A DNA stretch of 64,000 nt from an uncultured Lentimicrobiaceae bacterium (GTDB lineage Bacteria > Bacteroidota > Bacteroidia > Bacteroidales > JAGONC01): contig CAZVNP010000013.1 in assembly GCA_964628285.1 (NCBI GenBank), positions 931 to 64,930 on the forward strand, given 5' to 3'. Made by a program: the position numbers and the translations under genes. Below, one piece after another: positions 46,581 to 57,063 of the stretch. Each line of letters opens with the position of its first letter. Position 1 is the first letter of the stretch. The notes under the pieces were generated by a model, which searched no databases, was not told the DNA's origin, and saw nothing but the letters and a program-made list of their open reading frames with translations.

Positions 46581-47831
46581 TTATTTAATGATCATTTTAC
46601 CTGAACATTTATTATTGTCATTAAATATTTCATAAAGATATACTCCCGGAACCAATCCTGTTGAATTGAACGGTATTCTGTTATTTGATAAAGAATTTCG
46701 TATTATTTTAGAACTTCTGACGATATCCCCTTTAAGATCAAATATATTTAAATATATTTGCCCGGAAGAATTCGTTTGCATAGAATAATAGATATATGTT
46801 TTACAGGAAAATGGATTGGGATAATTATAGGTAGCAGGTTGTTGAATGCTGATTTCCGGATCCGTTCCCACTGTTGGATTGATACTTCTATGAATTGTAT
46901 TTGTACTATATCCGCTTATTGTATAAATATATTCACCCGGAGTTAAGATTAATTCTTTCATATTATCTGTACCTAAGCCCGAGTCAAGAAGCTGCCAGTT
47001 ATTTCCATCATCATATGATACCAGAACACCTCCCTGACCACCAAAGTCATTTGAACGGCCGATATAGATTTCATCTTCCGAATTGATGACCATTGTCGTT
47101 ACAATGAGGCTGTCCTTTATCTGTACCCATTCTTGCTGATCTTTATTATATTTATAAATACCTGCTCCGGTCAGATTTAACAATTGATGTCCCTGTGCTC
47201 CGGCGAATAGTTCGTTGTTTGAATTAACCGCGAGTGATGAAACATATACATTGTGCAATCCGAAATACTCCCACGAGTCCCCGTGATCTAACGACCGGAA
47301 GGCTCCCTCACCACCCATAAAATTGGTTGCTCCTGCGTATAGAATACTGTCAGAGTCTTCAACGATTGAGAGAATAACAGCAGTTGTTGTTATAATTAAA
47401 GTTTGAGTCCAGGTTTCACCATTGCTAGCTGACTTATAAATGCCTCCCCAAGTTCCAGCATAAATGTTTCCATTTGAATCTTCATATAATATGGAGACTC
47501 CCATAGGCAAATAAAAAAGAAGGCTCCAATTGTTATTTTGATACTTATATATATATCTAACAGCCGAAAGAAATATTGTATCAGTCAATGTAATTAGAAT
47601 ATTACCCACTATAGTATCTGTTAAACCAATATTTTCCCACGAACCACAATTATCATAGGACACATAAATTCCGCTATTTGTTCCCAAATAAAAAATATTC
47701 TCTTCTATACTGGTAATAAAAGCCGGTGTCAAACCTTCCGGCCCATTCACAGGTTCCCAGAAATCCTGGGAAAAGGAAGGCTTGTTAATCAATACTGCAA
47801 ATAATAAAAGAAAACAGGTAATGAATTTCAT
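46581..47831 (-). CDS. T9SS-sorted Asp-box propeller protein
   Basis: Signal peptide ending SFS/Q, SxDxGxxW boxes, C-terminal NYPNPFS...GVYLYEI. Confidence 0.85.
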   Translation of the reverse strand: MKFITCFLLLFAVLINKPSFSQDFWEPVNGPEGLTPAFITSIEENIFYLGTNSGIYVSYDNCGSWENIGLTDTIVGNILITLTDTIFLSAVRYIYKYQNNNWSLLFYLPMGVSILYEDSNGNIYAGTWGGIYKSASNGETWTQTLIITTTAVILSIVEDSDSILYAGATNFMGGEGAFRSLDHGDSWEYFGLHNVYVSSLAVNSNNELFAGAQGHQLLNLTGAGIYKYNKDQQEWVQIKDSLIVTTMVINSEDEIYIGRSNDFGGQGGVLVSYDDGNNWQLLDSGLGTDNMKELILTPGEYIYTISGYSTNTIHRSINPTVGTDPEISIQQPATYNYPNPFSCKTYIYYSMQTNSSGQIYLNIFDLKGDIVRSSKIIRNSLSNNRIPFNSTGLVPGVYLYEIFNDNNKCSGKMIIK

Positions 47832-47916
47832 TGTGTATGCTATTATTTGATAGACTTAAAGATACAAATTATAAAAAACAAGGTTATAAAAATAAAAACT
47901 CCTTATAATCAGATTG

Positions 47917-49173
47917 TTATTTAATGATCATTTTACCTGAACATTTATAATTGTCACTGATTATTTCATAAAGATATACTCCCGGAGTCAATCCCGTTGA
48001 ATTAAACAGTATCCGGTTATTCGACAAAGAATTTTGAATGATCTTTTTACTCCTGACGATATCCCCGTTAAGATCAAATACATTTAAATATATTTGCCCG
48101 GAAGAATTCATTTGCATAGGATAATAGATATATGTTTTACCGGAAAACGGATTGGGATAATTATAGGTAACAGGTTGTTGAACTTTGATTTCCGGACTGA
48201 TTCCTACTGTAGAATTAACACTTCTATGGATCGTATTCGAACTGAATCCGCTTATGGTATAAATATGTTCATCAGGCGTCAGGGTTAATTGTTTCATGTT
48301 GTCCGTTCCTAAACCCGAGTCAAGAAGCTGCCAGTTATAGCCGTCATCATAGGATACAAGTACGCATCCCTGCCCGCCAAAATCATTTGAACGACCAATA
48401 TATATCTCATCTTCGGAATTGATGACCATTGTCGACACGATGAGGCTATCCTTTATCTGTATCCATTCCTGCTGATCTTTATCATATTTATACACACCGG
48501 CTCCGGTCAGGTTTAACAGTTGATGTCCCTGTGCCCCGGCAAACAGTTCGTTGATTGAATTAACCGCAAGGGATGACACATATACGTTATGCAATCCGAA
48601 GTACTCCCACGTATCACCGTGATCCAAGGACCGGAAGGCGCCTTCACCTCCCATGTAATTGGTCGCTCCGGCATAAAGAATTCCGTCATGGTCTTCAACG
48701 ATTGAAAAAACTGCAGCAGTTGTGGTTATTGTTAGAGTTTGAATCCAATTTTCGCCAAAATCTAATGATTTGAAGATCCCTCCCCAAGTTCCGGCAAATA
48801 AATTATTATCAGTATCAGAAAATAAAATTAAAATATTATCTGAAGTAAGAACCTTTGTCCAAAATCCATTATTGTATTTATAAATTCCACTTCCAATACT
48901 CATCACACCAGCAAAAATTATATTTTGAAAAGGTAAAACTGAGATAACAGCCATATCGCTAAGCCCAAGATTTTGCCATGAAGTACAACTATCATAAGAA
49001 ATGTAAACTCCATTATTTGACCCTAAATTAAATACGTTATCTGCTGAAATATTAATATATGCTGGGGAAGCATCTGATGGACTATTAACTATTTCCCAGA
49101 AATCCTGGGAAAAGGAAGGATTAGTAATCAATGCAAGTAATGACAACAAAATGTAACAGGCTATATTTTTCAT
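47917..49173 (-). CDS. T9SS-sorted Asp-box propeller protein, close paralog of 46581-47831
   Basis: True start MKNIACY at 49173; the track's MDGVPF extension is read from palindrome P. The C-terminal two-thirds are nearly identical to the neighbour. Confidence 0.85.
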   Translation of the reverse strand: MKNIACYILLSLLALITNPSFSQDFWEIVNSPSDASPAYINISADNVFNLGSNNGVYISYDSCTSWQNLGLSDMAVISVLPFQNIIFAGVMSIGSGIYKYNNGFWTKVLTSDNILILFSDTDNNLFAGTWGGIFKSLDFGENWIQTLTITTTAAVFSIVEDHDGILYAGATNYMGGEGAFRSLDHGDTWEYFGLHNVYVSSLAVNSINELFAGAQGHQLLNLTGAGVYKYDKDQQEWIQIKDSLIVSTMVINSEDEIYIGRSNDFGGQGCVLVSYDDGYNWQLLDSGLGTDNMKQLTLTPDEHIYTISGFSSNTIHRSVNSTVGISPEIKVQQPVTYNYPNPFSGKTYIYYPMQMNSSGQIYLNVFDLNGDIVRSKKIIQNSLSNNRILFNSTGLTPGVYLYEIISDNYKCSGKMIIK

Positions 49174-49261
49174 TATATAGATATTTATTTGGTTGGTTGG
49201 GCTAAAAGTACAAATTTCTATGGTCAGATGCAAGAAATGTTTATAACTGGATAATGAAAAA

Positions 49262-49327
49262 GGGACTCCATCCACCTGGGTAATAGAATCCTTTTTCAGT
49301 TATTCGTATTTGAGTGGATGGAGTCCC
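49262..49327. repeat. Palindrome P, copy 3
   Basis: gggactccatccac (49262-49275), 38-nt loop, gtggatggagtccc (49314-49327). Confidence 0.9.
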
Positions 49328-49332
49328 AACCG

Positions 49333-49391
49333 GAATGTTCGTCAATGAGTGTTGAAAATTGGAAAGAGAGAGGTTTTGTTTAACCACGGAG
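49333..49391. repeat. Segment B, right part of the split composite repeat
   Basis: 49352-49391 matches 21489-21528 at 37/40 positions. Confidence 0.85.
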
Positions 49392-49457
49392 TTATACCGT
49401 TAATTTTTATTCCCCATTGCCAAATGGCATAAACGTAGGAGAAGGGACTTCCATTGA

Positions 49458-49513
49458 AAACCTGCAGATCCATTGACCCGAAGACCTGTAGACCTGAAGA
49501 CCTGTAGACCTTA
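49458..49513. repeat. Octamer tandem array (AGACCTGW-like)x7, left units degenerate
   Basis: agacctgt agacctga agacctgt agacctta, preceded by three degenerate units. Confidence 0.75.
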
Positions 49514-49530
49514 AACTGATGGTTGCCGAC

Positions 49531-51778
<2,248 letters not shown>

Positions 51779-51783
51779 ATGCT

Positions 51784-52374
51784 CTATACCGTCAGCAGAC
51801 GGCTTTTGAGTATCTTTTGTGAAGACTTGGAAAGGTTCTCCTCATCCTCGAGAAAACGTTTTATCTTTCTGATGGCCTCCTGATACCCCGGTATCTGAAC
51901 CTTCTCATAAAGGTTGACCTTCTGCGTTGTTTTCCTTCTGGCTTTATCGAGGAGTCTCATTTTTAACAGGAAAACCTCCTGCTCGATGCCGATGGCAGCG
52001 AGCTCCTTCAATATATCGATCCCGTCGGGAAACCATGAAGGGATGCCAAAGAGGCTGAATTTCTTCACTGAGAAATCAATACCTTTAAACACAGGGGTCT
52101 TGACGCCGGCAATTTTTTTCACGTCCAGTTTGACATCCTCCACTTTGATAAGGGTGGCATCGAATTCGCCCCATAAACTGACCATATCGTCGTAACGGTG
52201 CATCTTCTCCAGCAGCCTTTCTTCCAGTGAAGCGGCCGTATCCTTTGCTTTCTTTACCTCCATGCGCAGCGCCGTCTCCTTGTTCTTGATCGTCGGCAGC
52301 GCCCGTTCACGGATGGCCAGCTGCTTGTTCATCTCCTGAAGCGAGATTTTATTGTATTGAAATTTTATGGGCAC
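51784..52374 (-). CDS. ntpD: V-type ATPase subunit D
   Basis: RALPTIKNKE, KTTQKVNLYEKVQIP. Confidence 0.92.
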   Translation of the reverse strand: MPIKFQYNKISLQEMNKQLAIRERALPTIKNKETALRMEVKKAKDTAASLEERLLEKMHRYDDMVSLWGEFDATLIKVEDVKLDVKKIAGVKTPVFKGIDFSVKKFSLFGIPSWFPDGIDILKELAAIGIEQEVFLLKMRLLDKARRKTTQKVNLYEKVQIPGYQEAIRKIKRFLEDEENLSKSSQKILKSRLLTV

Positions 52375-52430
52375 AGTGAAAGACTTATCAATTGTTGCAA
52401 TGAATGATCTTTTGCATCATCAATATATTA

Positions 52431-53753
52431 TCAGTTCACCCAGTATTTATCGACAAACTCTTTTTTGATCCCCACCTCTTCGGGTTCGAAATAGGCGCTG
52501 AACAGCTCCCAGGCCGTGTCGAGCATGACATTGATGTCGATGTTCACGTCGATGGCGAGCAGTTTCTCCGAGTAAGCCCTGGCAAATTTCAATGTTCTTT
52601 CGTCGTAAGCCGTGATATCAAATCCATTCTCCAGCTTAGTCCTGGCGTTGGCGGCGTCGGCATACAGCCTGACGGCGGCGTTCATGACCTGCGGGTGGTC
52701 GGCGCGTGTCTGCTTGCCGATGACGAGGTTTTTCAGCCGTGACAGGCTGCGGAAGGGATCCACGATGACTTTCCCGATGTCGGTATCCCGGCGCAGAAAA
52801 AGCTGTCCCTCGGTGATATAGCCTGTATTGTCGGGTATGGCATGGGTGATGTCGCCGCCGGAGAGGGTGGTGACGGCGATGATGGTGATGGAGCCGCCGG
52901 TGGGGAACTGCACCGCTTTCTCGTAGATCTTGGCCAGGTCGCTGTAAAGTGAACCAGGCATGCTGTCGCGTGTCGGTATCTGGTCCATGCGGTTTGAGAC
53001 GATGCTCAGCGCGTCGGCGTATAGTGTCATGTCGGTGAGCAGCACGAGCACTTTTTCATCCTTGCCGGCAGCGAAGTATTCGGCGGTGGTCAGCGCCATG
53101 TCGGGCACCAGCAAACGCTCTACGGGCGGGTCTTCGGTGGTGTTGACGAAGCTGATGATGCGGTCGAGGGCGCCGGCGTTGTCAAAGATATTTTTAAAGA
53201 AGAGGTAGTCATCGTTGGTGAGGCCCATGCCTCCGAGGATAATCTTGTCGGCTTTGGCACGCAGGGCCACGATGGCGATGACCTGGTTATAGGGCTGGTC
53301 GGGATCGGCGAAGAAAGGTATCTTCTGCCCCGTGACAATGGTGTTGTTGAGGTCGATGCCCGCGATGCCGGTGGCGATGAGCTTCGACGGCTGTTCCCGC
53401 TTGACGGGATTGACCGAGGGGCCGCCGATCTGGCGCTCCTCGCCGTCGATGTCAGGGCCGCCGTCGATGGGTTGTCCATAGGCGTTGAAATAACGTCCCG
53501 CCAGCTCGTCGCTCACCTTCAGCGTCGGCGGCCGGCCCAGGAACACCACCTCGGCATTGGTGGGGATACCCTCGGTGCCGGCAAAGACCTGCAGCGTCAC
53601 GTCATCACCTATGATCTTAACTACCTGCGCCAACCGGCCATGGACCACCGCCATCTCCTCATTGCCCACACCGGTGGCTTGCAGTGAACAGGTGGCCTTG
53701 GTGACCCTCGAGATACGGGTATATATTTTCTGGAAGGCTTTCGTTTCCATCAT
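52431..53753 (-). CDS. ntpB: V-type ATPase subunit B
   Basis: TGIAGID, GQKIPFF, LTDMTLYADAL, HAIPDNTGYITEGQ. Confidence 0.95.
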   Translation of the reverse strand: MMETKAFQKIYTRISRVTKATCSLQATGVGNEEMAVVHGRLAQVVKIIGDDVTLQVFAGTEGIPTNAEVVFLGRPPTLKVSDELAGRYFNAYGQPIDGGPDIDGEERQIGGPSVNPVKREQPSKLIATGIAGIDLNNTIVTGQKIPFFADPDQPYNQVIAIVALRAKADKIILGGMGLTNDDYLFFKNIFDNAGALDRIISFVNTTEDPPVERLLVPDMALTTAEYFAAGKDEKVLVLLTDMTLYADALSIVSNRMDQIPTRDSMPGSLYSDLAKIYEKAVQFPTGGSITIIAVTTLSGGDITHAIPDNTGYITEGQLFLRRDTDIGKVIVDPFRSLSRLKNLVIGKQTRADHPQVMNAAVRLYADAANARTKLENGFDITAYDERTLKFARAYSEKLLAIDVNIDINVMLDTAWELFSAYFEPEEVGIKKEFVDKYWVN

Positions 53754-55519
53754 GCTTTCCTTTCAAGAATTAAAGTATCGCATTGTTTTTCAAAATCCTC
53801 GAATTCGGGAGAATGGAATTCGGAATAGTTCATCTGTTTAAGAAAGTTGATGATCTTCTTAAAAAAAGTTATGACCTCCTCGAAGTTGTCGAATTCAAAT
53901 GTTGTGTCGCATATCGCCAGGAGCTTGTCCAGCATGTATTTCTGACGTTCGAGGGGCGTAGAGGCATCCACCTTGTCATAGGCATCCTGCTGCAGGATGA
54001 TGAAATCAATGATCTCGGAAAACCAGAAACGGACATGATAATCCACCGGCACGCCGTCGTCTCCCAGGATGTTGATCTGTTCATGTGCTTCCTTGCCCCG
54101 CAATAAAATATCCTTGGCATGCATGACATTATCGAACCAATGCGGGGAGATATGCTCCCTGAACCACTCCTGCACCTCGGGGTATTCGAGGTATTTCGAA
54201 TAGCTGTCGATGGGGTCTATCGCAGGGTAACGTTTGCTGTCGGAACGCTGTTGTGAGAGGGCGTAGAAAGAGCGTGCCGTTTTTTTTGTGGACTCGGTCA
54301 CCGGCTCTTTCAGGTTACCGCCGGCGGGTGACACCGTGCCTATAAATGTGATGGATCCGGTCTGGCCGTTATTCAGGACGACATATCCCGCCCGTGAATA
54401 AAAATTGGAGATGATGGCCGGCAGGTCCATGGGGTAGGCGTCGGGTCCGGGGAGTTCCTCCATGCGGTTTGACATCTCACGCAGGGCCTGGGCCCAGCGT
54501 GAGGTGGAGTCGGCCAGCAGCAGGACGCGGTGACCCATGGAGCGGTAATATTCGGCAAGGGTCATGGCCGTATACACCGACGCCTCACGTGCCGCCACCG
54601 GCATGTTGGAAGTGTTGGCGACGATGGTGGTGCGTTCTTTCAGCTTACGGCCTGTGCGGGCGTCGACGAGCTCGGGGAATTCCTTGAATATCTCCACGAC
54701 CTCATTGGCGCGCTCGCCACAGGCCGCCACGATGACCATGTCGGCGTCGGCCTGGCGTGAGATGGCGTGCTGCAACACCGTCTTGCCGCAGCCGAAGGGT
54801 CCCGGGATGAAGCCCGTGCCGCCGACGGTGATGGGGTTGAGCGTGTCGATGACGCGCACACCCGTCTCCAGTACCTTGAAAGGCCTGGGTTTCTCACGGT
54901 ATGCTTTGATGGGTATCTTCACCGGCCATTTCTGCATCATAGTGACGGGCTGCTCCACATCCTGCCCGTTAACAAGGACGGCGACAGTATCGCTGATCTT
55001 ATGGTCACCCTCCGCAATGATGTCACCGACGGTATATGTCCCTTCAAAAGTGAATGGCACCATGATTTTATGCACCATCCAGTTTTCCTTCACCTCGCCG
55101 AGCCAGTCGCCGGCGATGACCTGATCGCCGCGGTGGGCCAGCGGTTTAAAGTGCCACAGCGAGTCGTGATCCAGAGGGAAGGTGGCTTCGCCACGCACCA
55201 GGAAGACATCCTCCATTTTGTCGAGGTCGTTCTGCAGACCGTCATAGTTCTTCGACAGAATGCCGGGGCCCAGAGTCACCTCCAGCATATGACCGCTAAA
55301 CTCCACACGGGCTCCCGTGGTCAGCCCCCGGGTGCTCTCAAACACCTGGACATAAGCCTTGATGCCCAGCACCTTGATCACCTCGGCCCTGAGCCTGACA
55401 TCGCCCAGAAAAATGGAACAAATCTCATTCTGATGCACAGGACCCGAGATGTCGACGATGACGAGGTTGGCGACGATGCCTGCGACCTTACCCGTTGTCA
55501 AAGTTTTATCTTCATTCAT
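53750..55519 (-). CDS. ntpA: V-type ATPase subunit A
   Basis: Walker A GPFGCGKT, ACGERANE, NTSNMPVAAREAS. Start MNEDK overlaps the upstream stop. Confidence 0.96.
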   Translation of the reverse strand: MNEDKTLTTGKVAGIVANLVIVDISGPVHQNEICSIFLGDVRLRAEVIKVLGIKAYVQVFESTRGLTTGARVEFSGHMLEVTLGPGILSKNYDGLQNDLDKMEDVFLVRGEATFPLDHDSLWHFKPLAHRGDQVIAGDWLGEVKENWMVHKIMVPFTFEGTYTVGDIIAEGDHKISDTVAVLVNGQDVEQPVTMMQKWPVKIPIKAYREKPRPFKVLETGVRVIDTLNPITVGGTGFIPGPFGCGKTVLQHAISRQADADMVIVAACGERANEVVEIFKEFPELVDARTGRKLKERTTIVANTSNMPVAAREASVYTAMTLAEYYRSMGHRVLLLADSTSRWAQALREMSNRMEELPGPDAYPMDLPAIISNFYSRAGYVVLNNGQTGSITFIGTVSPAGGNLKEPVTESTKKTARSFYALSQQRSDSKRYPAIDPIDSYSKYLEYPEVQEWFREHISPHWFDNVMHAKDILLRGKEAHEQINILGDDGVPVDYHVRFWFSEIIDFIILQQDAYDKVDASTPLERQKYMLDKLLAICDTTFEFDNFEEVITFFKKIINFLKQMNYSEFHSPEFEDFEKQCDTLILERKA

Positions 55520-56342
55520 TGATCTGAAATTCATTTGAAAATTCCACACCTTTTTTCAAGTCTTCGTTCAGCCGTTCGAACATGGCTCTCCCTGTGGTGG
55601 CATCCAAGGGTATCCAGCGCGCCAGGATGGTCATTTTAATAATATAGCTGAGGATCACCTCGACGGTAAAATACTCAAAAACCGTCAGCTCATCGAGGAA
55701 TCGCCATTTCATCTGGTCGATATCCCTTTCTCTCTGCAACAGGTTCTTGTTTTCCATGATACCGGCAACCCTTTCCACGAAAGGGACCTCGGCCATAATG
55801 CCAAAGTCACGTGCCTGACTGCGTTTCATGGTGGCTATGACCTCGTCATCGCCGATGAGTTCGTTCTCCATGTCGTACTTCCATCTCCGGGCGTTGTAAG
55901 CTGCCAGTATGTTGTTCAGCATCAGGTTGAAGTTGAACCAGTCTTTCAGGAAAAGGGTAGCCGTGTGACGAACGGTGTCGTACCACAATCCCGCCAGCCT
56001 GTCGGCCCAGCCCTGTGCCGGCGGCACGCCGCCGCTTTCCCTGAACTCCCCTATCAGCACTCTCATATACCCGTTCAATATGTCCGGATCACGGAGGCCT
56101 TCGTCAAATGTATCACGGCTGATGTTTCCCAGGCTGTTGAAAGGTTTGTCGTTGCGAAGGAGCAGATTCAACAGGTTTTCGTTGTCCGCATCCTGAAAGA
56201 GCAGCTGCACCAGATCATAATCATCGGGATGGAGTGTTGTGCGCAGCTCCTCTTTAAAATCAGCCAGTGTCAGCGTAAGTTTCTGCTGATCGAAGAAGAC
56301 CTCGGGAAGGCCTGCGATGAGGCAATAATAGTGACGGCGCAT
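55512..56342 (-). CDS. DUF2764-like V-ATPase subunit C homolog
   Basis: YYCLIAGLP N-terminus, position between subunits E and A. Confidence 0.8.
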   Translation of the reverse strand: MRRHYYCLIAGLPEVFFDQQKLTLTLADFKEELRTTLHPDDYDLVQLLFQDADNENLLNLLLRNDKPFNSLGNISRDTFDEGLRDPDILNGYMRVLIGEFRESGGVPPAQGWADRLAGLWYDTVRHTATLFLKDWFNFNLMLNNILAAYNARRWKYDMENELIGDDEVIATMKRSQARDFGIMAEVPFVERVAGIMENKNLLQRERDIDQMKWRFLDELTVFEYFTVEVILSYIIKMTILARWIPLDATTGRAMFERLNEDLKKGVEFSNEFQINE

Positions 56343-56343
56343 C

Positions 56344-56961
56344 TTATTCCCCTCCGTAAAGAAGACGGTTGGTACGCGGGCGCAGGTAGGCCTTCAGAAA
56401 ATTGGCGAAGTCCTCATCGGTGAAGCTGAACTTGTAATTTCCTTCTTTGGGACTGATCCTGAATCCCGATGTCAGGGTTTCATCGTATTGTATATTGAGC
56501 CCTTTACTAAGCAGACTGTGCTGTTCCTTCATCAGCCACTGCGTGAGGTTGTTTTCCTCTGTGGGCGGCAGGGAGATGGTCAGGCCTTCACCACCCAGAC
56601 CGGACAGAGACCAGTTCTTAATCAGTATCTCAATGATATGCCTGAGAAACTCACTGTCGTTGTACGCTTTCCGCACCGGCTCGTCGACGATCTTCAGCAG
56701 GATCAGGTCGGTGATGCGCTGCTTGAGGGAACTGATCATCTGGCCGGCCGACAGTTTCAGCTCAGCATCGACGTTCTTGCGGATCTCACAGGCACGTTCC
56801 TCAGCGCCGGCAATGATGGCGGAAGCTTCCTTATGTGCCTTAGCGATGATATCGGCCGCTTCCTTCTGTGATTTTTCCCTGATGCTCTCCGCCTCCTGTT
56901 CCGCTTTTAAAACACCCTCGGAATAAATCTTCTGAGTTAATTCCTCAAGTTTATTTTCCAT
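56344..56961 (-). CDS. ntpE: V-type ATPase subunit E
   Basis: MENKLEELTQKIYSEGV coiled coil, YKFSFTDEDF...YLRPR. Confidence 0.88.
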   Translation of the reverse strand: MENKLEELTQKIYSEGVLKAEQEAESIREKSQKEAADIIAKAHKEASAIIAGAEERACEIRKNVDAELKLSAGQMISSLKQRITDLILLKIVDEPVRKAYNDSEFLRHIIEILIKNWSLSGLGGEGLTISLPPTEENNLTQWLMKEQHSLLSKGLNIQYDETLTSGFRISPKEGNYKFSFTDEDFANFLKAYLRPRTNRLLYGGE

Positions 56962-57063
56962 GGTAAATCCAATTGTTTGAATTATACAGGAAGTCGACAA
57001 AAGTATTAAAAATAGCGTTTAATAAAAAGTGATGGCAGGAAAATGAACATAAATAGTACGACT

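Larger units (their letters stand above)
46095..49332. mobile_element. Putative non-autonomous cargo cassette inserted into the composite repeat
   Basis: Identical 19-mer gaatgttcgtcaatgagtg at 46076-46094 and 49333-49351. P palindromes sit just inside both ends. AT-rich interior. An uninterrupted analogue exists at 21405-21528. Confidence 0.6.

Noticed and set aside
46100-49327. P palindromes as classical integron attC sites
   Set aside because: The RYYYAAC/GTTRRRY ends are not conserved: only P3 has ...cccaac, the others have cccatcc and cccattc. The arms are perfect, without extrahelical bases, and no intI is in the window.
49442-49455. Possible fourth P half-site (aagggacttccatt)
   Set aside because: Short imperfect match with no partner arm; could be chance.
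8611-49513. CRISPR array
   Set aside because: The repeats are 7-8-nt tandem units without spacers, or dispersed hairpins. There is no repeat-spacer periodicity and no cas gene.
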